A stretch of DNA of 64,000 bases from assembly GCA_963798915.1 (NCBI GenBank), contig CAWCVB010000002.1:128001-192000 (forward strand), written 5' to 3'. How positions within the stretch are numbered: position 1 is the first letter of the stretch; each line of letters opens with the position of its first letter. The DNA is from an uncultured Gemmatimonadales bacterium (GTDB taxonomy: Bacteria > Gemmatimonadota > Gemmatimonadetes > Gemmatimonadales > GWC2-71-9). Position numbers and translations under genes: made by a program. Below, piece after piece: positions 10,240-19,639 of this stretch. A model generated the notes under the pieces. That model was given only the letters and a program-made list of their open reading frames with translations, was not told where the DNA came from and made no database searches.

Positions 10240-12504
10240 ATGACCAGGAGAACGAGGGCTTCCGTCGTGCGGCCGGCCTGTGCGGCTCTGCTGTTGCCGG
10301 CACTGATCTGTCTGTGCCTGGTGTCATCGCGCTTGGCCTGGGGGCAGGTGCCGGGGCCGGTGGCCGGCGCTGCGACAACCGAGGCGCGCATTGATTCACT
10401 GCTCGCGCGCATGACGCTGCAGGAAAAGGCGGGGCAGCTCACCGTCATCGGTCGCGACAACCCTCGCTTTCAGGAGCTGGTTCAGGCCGGCATGGTCGGC
10501 GCCACCGGTGGTGTGCTGGCCGACACCAATGTGGTGAAGTACACCAGGCAGGTGCAGCAACTGGCCCTGCAGTCCCGGCTTCGCATTCCCATTCTCTTCA
10601 CGGGCGACGTGGTACACGGCTTTCGCACCATCTTCCCGGTGCCGATGGCCGTGGCGGCCTCATGGGATCCAGCGCTGCTGCACCAGATGGACAGTGTGGC
10701 GGCGGTGGAGGCAACCGCTGCCGGCGTGACCTGGACCTATGCGCCCATGGTTGACATCGGCCGTGACGCGCGGTGGGGACGGGTACTTGAAGGGGCGGGA
10801 GAAGATCCCTATCTCGGCAGCGTGATGGCGCGCGCCGCGGTGCGCGGGTTCCAGGGCTCGAGCCTGGCCGACCGGACCACGATGCTGGCCACCGCCAAGC
10901 ACTTTGCTGCCTACGGCGCGGTTGAGGCGGGCCGGGACTACAACTCGGTGGACATGTCCGACTGGCAGCTCCGGTCGGTTATCCTGCCGCCCTTCAAGGC
11001 GGCTGTGGACGTCGGCGCCGGCTCGGTCATGGCGGCGTTCGTGTCGCTGAACGGCGTGCCGGCGACGGCAAACCGCTACCTCCTGACCGACATCCTGCGG
11101 AACGAATGGCATTTCAGCGGAATGCTGGTGTCGGACTATGACGCGGTGCCGCAACTCCAGCAGCACGGGGTCGCCACCGATTCGGCCGACGCCGCCAGGC
11201 AGGCGCTGCTGGCTGGCGTAGACCTGGACCTGCATAGCGGGACCTACCTGGCTACGCTGCCGGCGCTGGTGCAGTCGGGCGCGATACCCCGGGAGGCGCT
11301 GGATACCGCCGTGCGCCGGGTGCTCCGTGCCAAGCTCGCCCTGGGGCTCTTTGATGACCCCTTCCATTACGGCGACTCCACCCTCAGCCAGGATTCATTG
11401 CTGGCGGCGCACCGTCCGATCGCGCGCGCCATGGCCGCACGCACCATGGTGCTGCTTCGCAACGAAGGATCCGTGCTCCCACTCCGAAAGGACCTGCCCT
11501 CGCTCGCGGTCATCGGGCCGATGGCCGACAACCAGGCCGACCTCCTGGGTGCGATGCATGCCGTGGGTCGGGACAGCGAAGCGGTGACGGTGCTTCAGGG
11601 AATACGCGAGGCGGTCGCCCCGGGCACGCGCGTGCGCTATGCCCGAGGCGCCGGGTTCATGGACACCAGCTCGACCGGGTTTGCCGACGCGCTGGCGGCA
11701 GCGCGCCAATCGGACGCAGTGGTCATGGTGCTGGGCGAGGGAACCGGCATGAGCGGCGAAGCCGACAGCCGGGCGGACCTGGGTTTGCCGGGACGCCAAC
11801 TGGAGCTGGTCCAGCAGGTCGTCGCGCTTGGCAAGCCGGTTGTGGTGGTGCTGATGGGAGGACGCCCGCTGGCGGTGCCGTGGGTTGCCGAGCATGTGCC
11901 GGCCATTCTCGAGGCGTGGCTGCCGGGCACCGAAGGCGGTCACGCCGTGGCCGACGTGCTCTTCGGCGACATGAATCCCTCGGCTAAACTTCCCATGACC
12001 TTTCCCCGCAGCGTGGGCCAGGTCCCGATCTATTACGCGCATCAGGCCACGGGCCGGCCGTTTGAGCCGAACGACAAGTACACCACCCGTTACATCGACG
12101 TCCCCAACTCGCCGCTCTACCCGTTCGGCTACGGGCTGAGCTATACCTCCTTCAGGTATTCTCCCCTGACGCTGAGCGCGGACCAGCTTGGCTGGAACGA
12201 CACGCTCATGGTCTCGGTCACGCTCTCCAACAGCGGCAAGCGAGACGGCGCTGAAGTGGTGCAATTGTACATACGCGACCTCGTGGCCAGCGTGAGTCCG
12301 CCGGCGGAGCTGCTGAAACGGTTCAGGCGGATGCAGCTGAAGGCGGGGGAGTCGACGCGCGTGACCTTCCGGCTGACCCGGAAGGACCTCGCTTTCTATC
12401 ACGCTGACGGAAGTTTTGCAGCGGAACCCGGCGGGTTCGAAGTTCAGGTAGGCGGCAGCTCGGCCCAGGGCGAAACACAAGCATTTCAGCTGCTGGCCCG
12501 CTGA
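10240..12504 (+). CDS. bglX: Periplasmic beta-glucosidase, GH3
   Basis: DVVHGFRTIFP, RDARWGR..EGAGEDP, AKHFAAYG, VSDY nucleophile, MSGEADSR, PLYPFGYGLSYT, FnIII-like tail; RBS GAGGAG. Confidence 0.93.
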   Translation: MTRRTRASVVRPACAALLLPALICLCLVSSRLAWGQVPGPVAGAATTEARIDSLLARMTLQEKAGQLTVIGRDNPRFQELVQAGMVGATGGVLADTNVVKYTRQVQQLALQSRLRIPILFTGDVVHGFRTIFPVPMAVAASWDPALLHQMDSVAAVEATAAGVTWTYAPMVDIGRDARWGRVLEGAGEDPYLGSVMARAAVRGFQGSSLADRTTMLATAKHFAAYGAVEAGRDYNSVDMSDWQLRSVILPPFKAAVDVGAGSVMAAFVSLNGVPATANRYLLTDILRNEWHFSGMLVSDYDAVPQLQQHGVATDSADAARQALLAGVDLDLHSGTYLATLPALVQSGAIPREALDTAVRRVLRAKLALGLFDDPFHYGDSTLSQDSLLAAHRPIARAMAARTMVLLRNEGSVLPLRKDLPSLAVIGPMADNQADLLGAMHAVGRDSEAVTVLQGIREAVAPGTRVRYARGAGFMDTSSTGFADALAAARQSDAVVMVLGEGTGMSGEADSRADLGLPGRQLELVQQVVALGKPVVVVLMGGRPLAVPWVAEHVPAILEAWLPGTEGGHAVADVLFGDMNPSAKLPMTFPRSVGQVPIYYAHQATGRPFEPNDKYTTRYIDVPNSPLYPFGYGLSYTSFRYSPLTLSADQLGWNDTLMVSVTLSNSGKRDGAEVVQLYIRDLVASVSPPAELLKRFRRMQLKAGESTRVTFRLTRKDLAFYHADGSFAAEPGGFEVQVGGSSAQGETQAFQLLAR

Positions 12505-12536
12505 GGCCGGCGGTCGCGACCCTCGACCTTCAGCCC

Positions 12537-13637
12537 ATGCACTCCTGCTTTGCCGTGACTACGCCGGGCCTCGAAGCCATCACCGCCCGCGAGCTCACCG
12601 CGCTCGGCATAGCGATCACCGAAACGGAACCGGGCGGCGTCGCGTTCCAGGCCGATGCCGCCGAACTCGCTCGCGCCAACATCTGGCTGAGAACGGCGTC
12701 GCGCGTATTGGTGCGAATCGCGCAGTTCCACGCGTTCTCATTTCCCGAACTGGAGCGGCACGCTCGCCAGGTGGCGTGGGGCGAGTATCTCGCCGACGGC
12801 ATTTCACCGGTATTCCGGATCACCTCGAAAAAGTCGAAGCTGTACCATCAGGGCGCGATCGCCGAGCGACTCCAGCGATGCACCGGGATCCCGGCGCCCG
12901 CCGATGATGCCCCGGCCGACTCGGGACAGCTGTTCGTGGTGCGAGTGCACCGGGACCAGGTCACGGTCAGTGCGGATGCATCAGGCGAACTGCTCCATCG
13001 GCGCGGGTATCGGCTGGAGCAGGCCCGCGCGCCGCTTCGCGAGACGCTCGCAGCCGCAATGCTGCTGGGGGTGGGATGGGACGGCAGCGTACCGCTGGTG
13101 GATCCGTTCGCGGGTTCCGGCACCATCGCGATTGAAGCAGCCATGATCGCACGCAACATGGCGCCGGGCGCGCGGCGATCATTCGCTGCGGAACGGTGGC
13201 CCAGCATGGCAGGAGGAGTGTTCGCGGCGGGTCGAGCGTCGAGCGTCGAGGGTCGAGAGCATGACGCTCGACGCATCATCGCCAGCGACCGCGATGCCGG
13301 CGCGGTCGCGGCAATGGGTCGGAACGCCGAACGCGCCGGCGTGGCTGCCGATCTCTCGATCCGGCAGGCGGTCATCTCCGAGCTGCGGTTGCCGGAGCAG
13401 CCGGGCTGGATCGTGACCAACCCGCCCTACGGAGTGCGCGTGGGCGACCGCCTGCGGCTTCGGGATCTGTATGCCCAGACCGGCACGCTGCTTCGCACGC
13501 GCGCCCGCGGGTGGCGGCTGGCACTGCTCAGCACCCATCCGGCACTGGAGCATCAGCTGGCGCTGCCACTGACGCCTGTCTGGCAGTCCACCAATGGCGG
13601 CATCACTGTCCGGCTGGTGACGGCCAGTCTGCCTTGA
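12537..13637 (+). CDS. THUMP-domain class I SAM-dependent RNA methyltransferase (RlmL-like)
   Basis: SKLYHQGAIAER, LHRRGYR, APLRETLAA, DPFAGSGTIAIEAA, TNPPYG. Confidence 0.9.
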   Translation: MHSCFAVTTPGLEAITARELTALGIAITETEPGGVAFQADAAELARANIWLRTASRVLVRIAQFHAFSFPELERHARQVAWGEYLADGISPVFRITSKKSKLYHQGAIAERLQRCTGIPAPADDAPADSGQLFVVRVHRDQVTVSADASGELLHRRGYRLEQARAPLRETLAAAMLLGVGWDGSVPLVDPFAGSGTIAIEAAMIARNMAPGARRSFAAERWPSMAGGVFAAGRASSVEGREHDARRIIASDRDAGAVAAMGRNAERAGVAADLSIRQAVISELRLPEQPGWIVTNPPYGVRVGDRLRLRDLYAQTGTLLRTRARGWRLALLSTHPALEHQLALPLTPVWQSTNGGITVRLVTASLP

Positions 13638-14514
13638 GTCGTGCCAGCGCATCCTTGAGCCCATTCACTCGCTCCCGCAAGACGTCGTCCGCGCTCAGCC
13701 TGCCGTGCGCCGGATTCCGCGCCAGATCGGCAAACTGATCCTCCGCTGCTTGTACCGTAGCACGGTCGGAGGGGGCGCCCAGCTTCCATGGACCGAATCG
13801 GGTAAGCTGGCCGGTGCGCAGCGAATGGCGCACATAGTCGGCCAGGCGAATGTGCGGGGCGTTCCGGTGCTGGTCGTGCAGTGCTGGCACGTGCACCGGG
13901 GCGTAGTCCATCCGCAGTGATGCGGTCCAGTCCTGCCACTTGAATGCATTGATATGCTCGTAGCCCGCGATCGGCACCCAGGGAATCCTGAGCGCGTCGG
14001 CGACGATCGCGGCGTGCATGGCACCCGAGATCACGCATCGGCTGGCGGCCATCTGTGCGAGCGTCCGGTCCACCGAGGCCCACGGATCGAGAAAGGTCAG
14101 TCCCAGGCGGTTGCAGAATGACCGCCAGTCGAACATCGGCCGGCTGATGTGATGGGGCATGAAGGCCACGCGCCCGGTGCGCCGGCCGGGCGGCACCAGG
14201 TCGGTGATGAGGGCGGCGGAATCGGTGATGGCCAGCTCGGGCGGGAGGCCCAGCGCCGCCGCAGTGCCGGGTCCCCGGACGGCGTAGAAGCGCCAGCGCT
14301 CATCCACTAGCGGGAGTTCGCCGTATCCCACTCCGGCGCCGAGGACCACCTTGAACGGCTCCCGGGGGAGCCGGGCATGAAGCACCGTCCCGATGCCGAG
14401 GAGCAGGGGATCGGGGCCGTCCGGGCTGGCACCGGGCAGGACCCTGGGCCAGAGCCAGAGATTGAGATCGTCGCCAAAATTCCCGTACGAATCGTGGAAG
14501 TAATGTATTCGCAT
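13603..14514 (-). CDS. Polysaccharide pyruvyl transferase family protein (ExoV-like)
   Basis: GNFGDDLN.WLW, GIGTVL, AVRGP.TA, MPH, AMHAAIVADALRIPW, FKWQDW. Confidence 0.85.
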   Translation of the reverse strand: MRIHYFHDSYGNFGDDLNLWLWPRVLPGASPDGPDPLLLGIGTVLHARLPREPFKVVLGAGVGYGELPLVDERWRFYAVRGPGTAAALGLPPELAITDSAALITDLVPPGRRTGRVAFMPHHISRPMFDWRSFCNRLGLTFLDPWASVDRTLAQMAASRCVISGAMHAAIVADALRIPWVPIAGYEHINAFKWQDWTASLRMDYAPVHVPALHDQHRNAPHIRLADYVRHSLRTGQLTRFGPWKLGAPSDRATVQAAEDQFADLARNPAHGRLSADDVLRERVNGLKDALARLKADWPSPAGQ

Positions 14515-14648
14515 GAATTTAGGTCAAGTGCCCCGGGGCGGAGGTGTCAAAAAATTGAATAGGGAAAAACCTAGGGGACAAATTTCCGGGTAGGTGTTAG
14601 CGTAGTCTCGCCCCCTGATGGCCGGCTCGTGCCGGCAGGAGTGTCGAG

Positions 14649-15002
14649 ATGGCGCCAGCGAACCGCCGGGACATTGATGTGCTCATCGAAAAGCATGAGA
14701 CGCGCCTCCGCGATGATTTCGACGACCGGGACATCGCGATCTATGTCCGGAGCCTGCTGGTTTCGATGACCGGCCAGTGGCACTTCAGCGCCATTACGCC
14801 GGAGACCCACCTGTACCGGGACCTGCGCTGGAACGTGGAGAGCGCCGAGCGGTTCCGTGCCACGCTGGAGGCGGTGTTCCGGGTGGAACTTGCCCCGTGG
14901 GAATTCCTCTGTGGCCGGACCGTCCGCGATCTCACTACACTTCTGGGCCGGGCGCTGAGCCGGGACCGGCGCCGCTTCGGCGGCGCTCCACCCGCCGCGT
15001 GA
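14649..15002 (+). CDS. Acyl-carrier-protein-like small protein lacking the DSL serine
   Basis: ITPETHLYRDL...LEAVFRVEL...RTVRDL follows the ACP pattern; RBS AGGAG at 14637. Confidence 0.55.
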   Translation: MAPANRRDIDVLIEKHETRLRDDFDDRDIAIYVRSLLVSMTGQWHFSAITPETHLYRDLRWNVESAERFRATLEAVFRVELAPWEFLCGRTVRDLTTLLGRALSRDRRRFGGAPPAA

Positions 15003-15081
15003 TCCGGGTTCCCATGCCCATATCTCACCCCCTGAGTTACTGTCGGCCACTCAGCCGTCCCCCTGTGGGAGAGGAGCGCGC

Positions 15082-15399
15082 ATGTTCACCGGCAAGGAAG
15101 ACCACGTCATCAGTCTCGAGCAGGCCCGTGTACTGGTCCAGCGCTGGCGCGAGCGGGGTTCCGCCCTGGCGGGTGACCCTGGCTCGGAATTTTTCGGTCG
15201 GGATGTCATTGAAAAGATACTCGGGCAGCCAGGCTGTGTGGGTCTTCGGATCCATCACGGGCGCAACGCCAAGGGGCAGCACACCATGCTGCTCGTGGGG
15301 GCTGACGCAGACGGCAACGAGCTGCTGGATGGCACCATCGCGGAGCAGGGCATGCCATGCCCACCGTTTTGCGGCGACGGAGGCATGCTCAGCCCGTGA
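15082..15399 (+). CDS. Conserved-looking small protein with C-terminal PCPPFC motif
   Basis: Strong RBS GGAGAGGAG; ISLEQAR..FFGRDVIEKIL.QPGCVGLRI..G....LLVGADADGNEL..PCPPFC; stop overlaps the next start. Confidence 0.8.
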   Translation: MFTGKEDHVISLEQARVLVQRWRERGSALAGDPGSEFFGRDVIEKILGQPGCVGLRIHHGRNAKGQHTMLLVGADADGNELLDGTIAEQGMPCPPFCGDGGMLSP

Positions 15400-16106
15400 G
15401 TGCGCCCGCGGACCTGCTGTGGCATCTGGTCTCGCCTCTAGTGCGGGCCATGCGGCACCTGCCGCTCGCGGCGGGCGGCATTCTGTTTCCCATCGTACCG
15501 ATTCTGGCCGCCTGGCCGCGGCGGCACCAGCTGTCGGTGCCGCTGCGATGGGTTGTGGTATACCTGATCGTTACGCTGGCCGAAGAACTCTTCATGCTGT
15601 ACTGGAGCCGGCACGGCCGGCATAATCTCTGGATCATCAACCTGTACACGCCCATCGAGGCGTTCATGCTGGCCATGATGTATGCCGGCTGGCAGCTGCG
15701 GGAGCGGTGGCGTTTCATGATCTACCTGTCGCTGGCGGGTTTCGTCGCCTTCTGGGTGCTGATGATGTTCACCATCGAAGGGTTTGACACCTTCCCGAAG
15801 TTCAGCAAGCCGGTGGAGGCGCTGCTGGTCATCACGGCGTCGGCCTGGACGCTGGTCCAGCGATCCCGGCACGCCGCTTCACCGCTGACGTTCCACCCCT
15901 GGTTCTGGGTCTCGGTCGGGACGCTGCTCTACTTTGCCTACCTGCTGCTGCTCAATCCGGTCGGGATGATGCTGCTGAACCCGCGGCCCGACCTCTTCCG
16001 GCTGGCCTACGGCATCAACGGCGTCCTCACGACGATCATGTATCTCTTCTGGCTGCGCGCCATCTTCCTGGTTCGCACACCGGCGAAAGGCGACGCCCCC
16101 GCATGA
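15396..16106 (+). CDS. Polytopic (about 7 TM) membrane protein, putative accessory sensor
   Basis: Multiple hydrophobic helices; HNLWIINLYTPIE and PWFWVSVGTLLYF motifs; GTGA and ATGA overlaps with both neighbours. Confidence 0.75.
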   Translation: MSAPADLLWHLVSPLVRAMRHLPLAAGGILFPIVPILAAWPRRHQLSVPLRWVVVYLIVTLAEELFMLYWSRHGRHNLWIINLYTPIEAFMLAMMYAGWQLRERWRFMIYLSLAGFVAFWVLMMFTIEGFDTFPKFSKPVEALLVITASAWTLVQRSRHAASPLTFHPWFWVSVGTLLYFAYLLLLNPVGMMLLNPRPDLFRLAYGINGVLTTIMYLFWLRAIFLVRTPAKGDAPA

Positions 16107-16873
16107 ACGTTTCTCCCGGCGATCTGTTCTGGATCCTGGTGATCGTCACGCTCGCTGCGGCGATCCTGATTCTGGCGTTCGCGGCCAGTCTGGTCATCCA
16201 GCAGCGGCGTCTGGTCCGTGCCACCCGCTCCTTCGGCGGACGACTCCTCTCGGCCCAGGAGGACGAGCGGCGCTGGGTGGCGCGCGAGCTGCACGACGAT
16301 ATCATCCAGCGGGTTGCAATGCTGGGCCACGAAGTGGAAGAGATCGCCTCCCATAATGGTTCGAGCCCGGCCGAATTTGCCAAGCGCGCCAGCGGTCTCC
16401 GGGCCGAACTCGACGACCTGGCGGAAGAAGTACGGCGACTGGCGCACCGGATGCATCCGACCACGCTCGAGCACCTCGGGCTGAGCGCTGCGCTGGAGCA
16501 GCTTGCCACGGAATTCCGCGGCCAGGGACTTGATGTGCGGGTACGCGGGGCGCTGCCCGATGGCGAGCTGTCGCCCGAGGCCGCGACCTGCCTGTTTCGG
16601 GTGGCCCAGGAAGGCTTGCGCAATGTGCTGAAGCATGCGCAGACCCGAACAGCGATGGTGCGGCTGGGCACGGAGGCCGACGGCGCGTTGCTCGAGGTGG
16701 CCGATGGCGGCGCAGGCTTTGACCGCAGTTCCGCGGCCGCCCAGGCCGGCCTCGGCCTCTCCAGTCTCTCGGAGCGCGTGCGGCTCCTCCATGGCAGGCT
16801 TACCGTGCGGACCCGTCAGGGGCAGGGCACCAGCGTAACGGCGTGGGTACCGCCGCTCGTCCGGCGGGCATGA
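16103..16873 (+). CDS. HisKA_3 sensor histidine kinase with a single N-terminal TM helix and no sensor domain
   Basis: QEDERRWVARELHDDIIQ, FRVAQEGLRNVLKHA, DGGAGF, GLGL..L.ERV, GT. Confidence 0.93.
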   Translation: MNVSPGDLFWILVIVTLAAAILILAFAASLVIQQRRLVRATRSFGGRLLSAQEDERRWVARELHDDIIQRVAMLGHEVEEIASHNGSSPAEFAKRASGLRAELDDLAEEVRRLAHRMHPTTLEHLGLSAALEQLATEFRGQGLDVRVRGALPDGELSPEAATCLFRVAQEGLRNVLKHAQTRTAMVRLGTEADGALLEVADGGAGFDRSSAAAQAGLGLSSLSERVRLLHGRLTVRTRQGQGTSVTAWVPPLVRRA

Positions 16874-17511
16874 CGCGTCCGCGCATCCTGATCGCCGATG
16901 ATCATGCGCTGGTGGCTGCCGGTCTTCGCGCCATGCTGGAGCCGGCGCATGAGGTGGTGGAGGTCGTCTCCAATGGGCTGGATGTGATCGAAGCCGTCGA
17001 GCGGCATCAGCCCGACCTGGTGCTGCTGGACATTTCGCTCCCGGGCCGGAGCGGCATGGAGGTGGCTCGCGACCTCGCCGCGCATCCATCCGGCGTGCCG
17101 TTCGTCATGCTGACCATGCATGCGGATCCCATCTACGCCGATGAAGCCATTGCCTCGGGCGCCATCGGATTCGTGCTCAAGATGGCCGGGCCGGATGAAC
17201 TCCGATTCGCGATCGCGCAGGCGCTGCAGGGCCAGGTATACATCACGCCGCGACTGCCCGCGCGCAGCAGGCCGCTCACGGCGCCGAAGGGCCTGGAGGC
17301 GGAGAGCGCGCTGGCGGCACTCACCCGGCGCCAGCAGCAGATCCTCAAGCTGATCGCCAAGGGATGGAGCCTCAAGGACATCGCCGATGAGCTGGGGATC
17401 AACATCCGCAGTGTGGAGTTCCATCGGAACCGTATCCGCAAGACACTGGGGCTGACCAGCACGGCGGCCCTGGTCCGCTTTGCGCTGGTTCATGGGCTGG
17501 TGAAGCATTGA
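16870..17511 (+). CDS. NarL/LuxR family response regulator
   Basis: ILIADDH, PDLVLLDISLP, LTMH, GFVLK; LuxR HTH LTRRQQQILKLIAKG..LKDIADEL. Confidence 0.95.
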   Translation: MTRPRILIADDHALVAAGLRAMLEPAHEVVEVVSNGLDVIEAVERHQPDLVLLDISLPGRSGMEVARDLAAHPSGVPFVMLTMHADPIYADEAIASGAIGFVLKMAGPDELRFAIAQALQGQVYITPRLPARSRPLTAPKGLEAESALAALTRRQQQILKLIAKGWSLKDIADELGINIRSVEFHRNRIRKTLGLTSTAALVRFALVHGLVKH

Positions 17512-17651
17512 CAGGGCGAACTGCTTTGCGCACCTGATCGGTGCGGATGTCGGTCCCACACGCGCCTTTACGATCTACCTCGTGCAATGACCGACGCCGC
17601 CAGCGCGCCGATGCTGGGGCACGGGATGGCCTGAAGTCGTGAGGTGATACC

Positions 17652-18155
17652 ATGTCCAGATTCAGCATGCTGATCGTCAGCACGGTGCTTCTGATTCCGG
17701 GCGCTGCACTGGCCCAGGGCCGGCCACTGGCCCCGACGGGATTGTGGGGAAGTCTCGCGGTCGGCCCCTCCACGCCGTACGATTATGGAGCGACCCTGTC
17801 GCTGGCCTATCGCAGCGGCCACTACATCTTTCGGGGCAGGTTCTCCGCCGTTGGAGAACTCTTCGGGAACCAGAACGGCGAATACGGCCTGCTGGTCGGC
17901 CGCGTCGTGACGCCGATGCGCGGTTCGGTGCAGTTCAGTGTGGGGGCGGGACTGGGCCTGGTGACCGGGTGGCAGGGCGGAGGCGTGTTTGCCAGTGGCG
18001 AGCCGACCGACGACGTGATGGGCGTACTGCTGAACGGGGAAACGCGGATCCGGCTCACCAGCTTTCTCGGGCTTTCGGCCACGCTGTTTGGCGACCTCAA
18101 TGGGCGGGAGTCCTTCGGCGGTCTTGCCGCCGGGATCTACCTTGGGCAATTCTAG
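17652..18155 (+). CDS. Hypothetical secreted / small outer-membrane beta-barrel protein
   Basis: Signal peptide, alternating Gly/aromatic strands, terminal Phe; RBS GAGGT. Confidence 0.6.
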   Translation: MSRFSMLIVSTVLLIPGAALAQGRPLAPTGLWGSLAVGPSTPYDYGATLSLAYRSGHYIFRGRFSAVGELFGNQNGEYGLLVGRVVTPMRGSVQFSVGAGLGLVTGWQGGGVFASGEPTDDVMGVLLNGETRIRLTSFLGLSATLFGDLNGRESFGGLAAGIYLGQF

Positions 18156-18171
18156 CAGGGACTGGTGACGC

Positions 18172-19396
18172 ATTGACCTGACGTCGGGGGCGCCGTTCTG
18201 GCCGGTGCGCGACGGCCTCATGGCCACTTACCCGGCATTGACGTCGGACATCGAGTGCGACGTGCTGGTGGTGGGTGGCGGGGTCACCGGTGCGCTCTCG
18301 GCCTGGCAGCTGGTGCAGGCGGGACTCGACACGGTGCTCGTGGACGCCCGCGAAATCGGCTGGGGCAGCACCAGCGCCTCCACCGCGCTCCTGATGTACG
18401 ACCTGGACGTCCAGCTCGTGGACCTGACCCATCAGGTCGGCCGGGAGCGCGCCGAGGCGGTGTACCGTGCGGCGCGCGAGGCGGTGCACTCGCTGTGCGC
18501 CATGAGCGGTGCGCTGAGCGCTGAGCGTGTACCGTCCAGCGTCCGACGCGTCCCGACTCTCTACCTTGCCAGCCGCGCGAGCGACGCCGCAAGGCTGAGG
18601 CGCGAGCAGGCGGCGCGCGAGCAGGCGGGACTCGAGGTGGAATACTGGGACCGCGAGGAGATCGCGCGGCATTTTCCGTTCAGCCGAGCTGCCGCGCTGT
18701 GGCATGAGGACGCGGCGCAGGTGGATCCGCTGGCGTTCACGCATGCGTTGCTGGCCGATGGGGTGAGGCACGGGTTGAGAGTCTTTGATCGGACGGCGGT
18801 CAACGGTCGACGGTCGACGGTGGCGACGGACGACCGACGACCGACGACTGTCGACCTCAAGCGGAGCGTACATACGCGCCGATCGTCTCGTCTACGCCAC
18901 CGGCTACGAAACCGAGCAGCGGCTGCGGCAGCCGTCGGTGCATCTGCACGACACGTATGCCTTTGCCAGTGAACCGGTGGAAGACCTCGCCGACTGGCAC
19001 CGGCGGGCCCTCATATGGGAAACTGCCAGGCCCTATCTCTATCTCCGCACCACCCAGGACAACCGGGTGATGGTCGGCGGCGGCGATGACCGCCACACCA
19101 CACCCGAGCGCCGGGACCGGGCGCTGCCGGAGAAGCTGGAGCAGCTGCTGCGCCGGGCTCGGCGCATGTTTCCCGGCCTGGACCTCACGCCAGCCTTTGC
19201 CTGGGCCGGGACCTTTGCCGAAACCGACGACGGCATGCCGTATATCGGATGCCATCCCCGATATCCCGGCGCCATCTTCGCGGCCTGCTACGGCGGGAAC
19301 GGGACCGTGTTCGCGATGATGGCCTCGGAGATTGTGCGCGATTGGTGCTTGGGACGGAAGAACGAGATGGCGGAGTGGTTCGGGTTCGGGAGATAG
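18172..19396 (+). pseudogene. FAD-dependent oxidoreductase (DAO family) split by a frameshift inside a heptamer repeat
   Basis: Frame 1: DVLVVGGGVTG, GSTSASTALL, AQVDPLAF. Frame 2: LVYATGYE, WETARPYLYLRTT, WAGTFAETDDGMPYIG, YGGNG. Confidence 0.8.
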
Positions 19397-19457
19397 GAGG
19401 AAAGCGCGAAGCGCCGCAGGGGCGGGTCTCTGGGCCGCCCCTCTCTCTCCCGTGCAG

Positions 19458-19586
19458 GCGGGGCTCGGCAACAGGGAACACGAAAACACGAAAACACGAA
19501 AGCACGGAAGAGAAGCACGAAAGCACGAAAGCACGAAAGCACGGAAGCACGGAAGCACGAAAACACGGAAGCACGGAAGCACGAAG
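19458..19586. repeat. GCGGGGCTCGGCAACAG followed by a CACGAAAG/CACGGAAG octamer array
   Basis: About 12 octamers; the same composite occurs at 21520-21567. Confidence 0.85.
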
Positions 19587-19639
19587 TGGTCGATGATGGA
19601 GCGTCGACCGTTGACTATCGACGATATTCGGGAGGCGTC

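Noticed and set aside
14649..15399. Fatty-acid/polyketide or classical RiPP biosynthetic cluster
   Set aside because: There is no KS, ligase, PPTase, modifying enzyme, peptidase or exporter adjacent. Only the signalling interpretation was kept.
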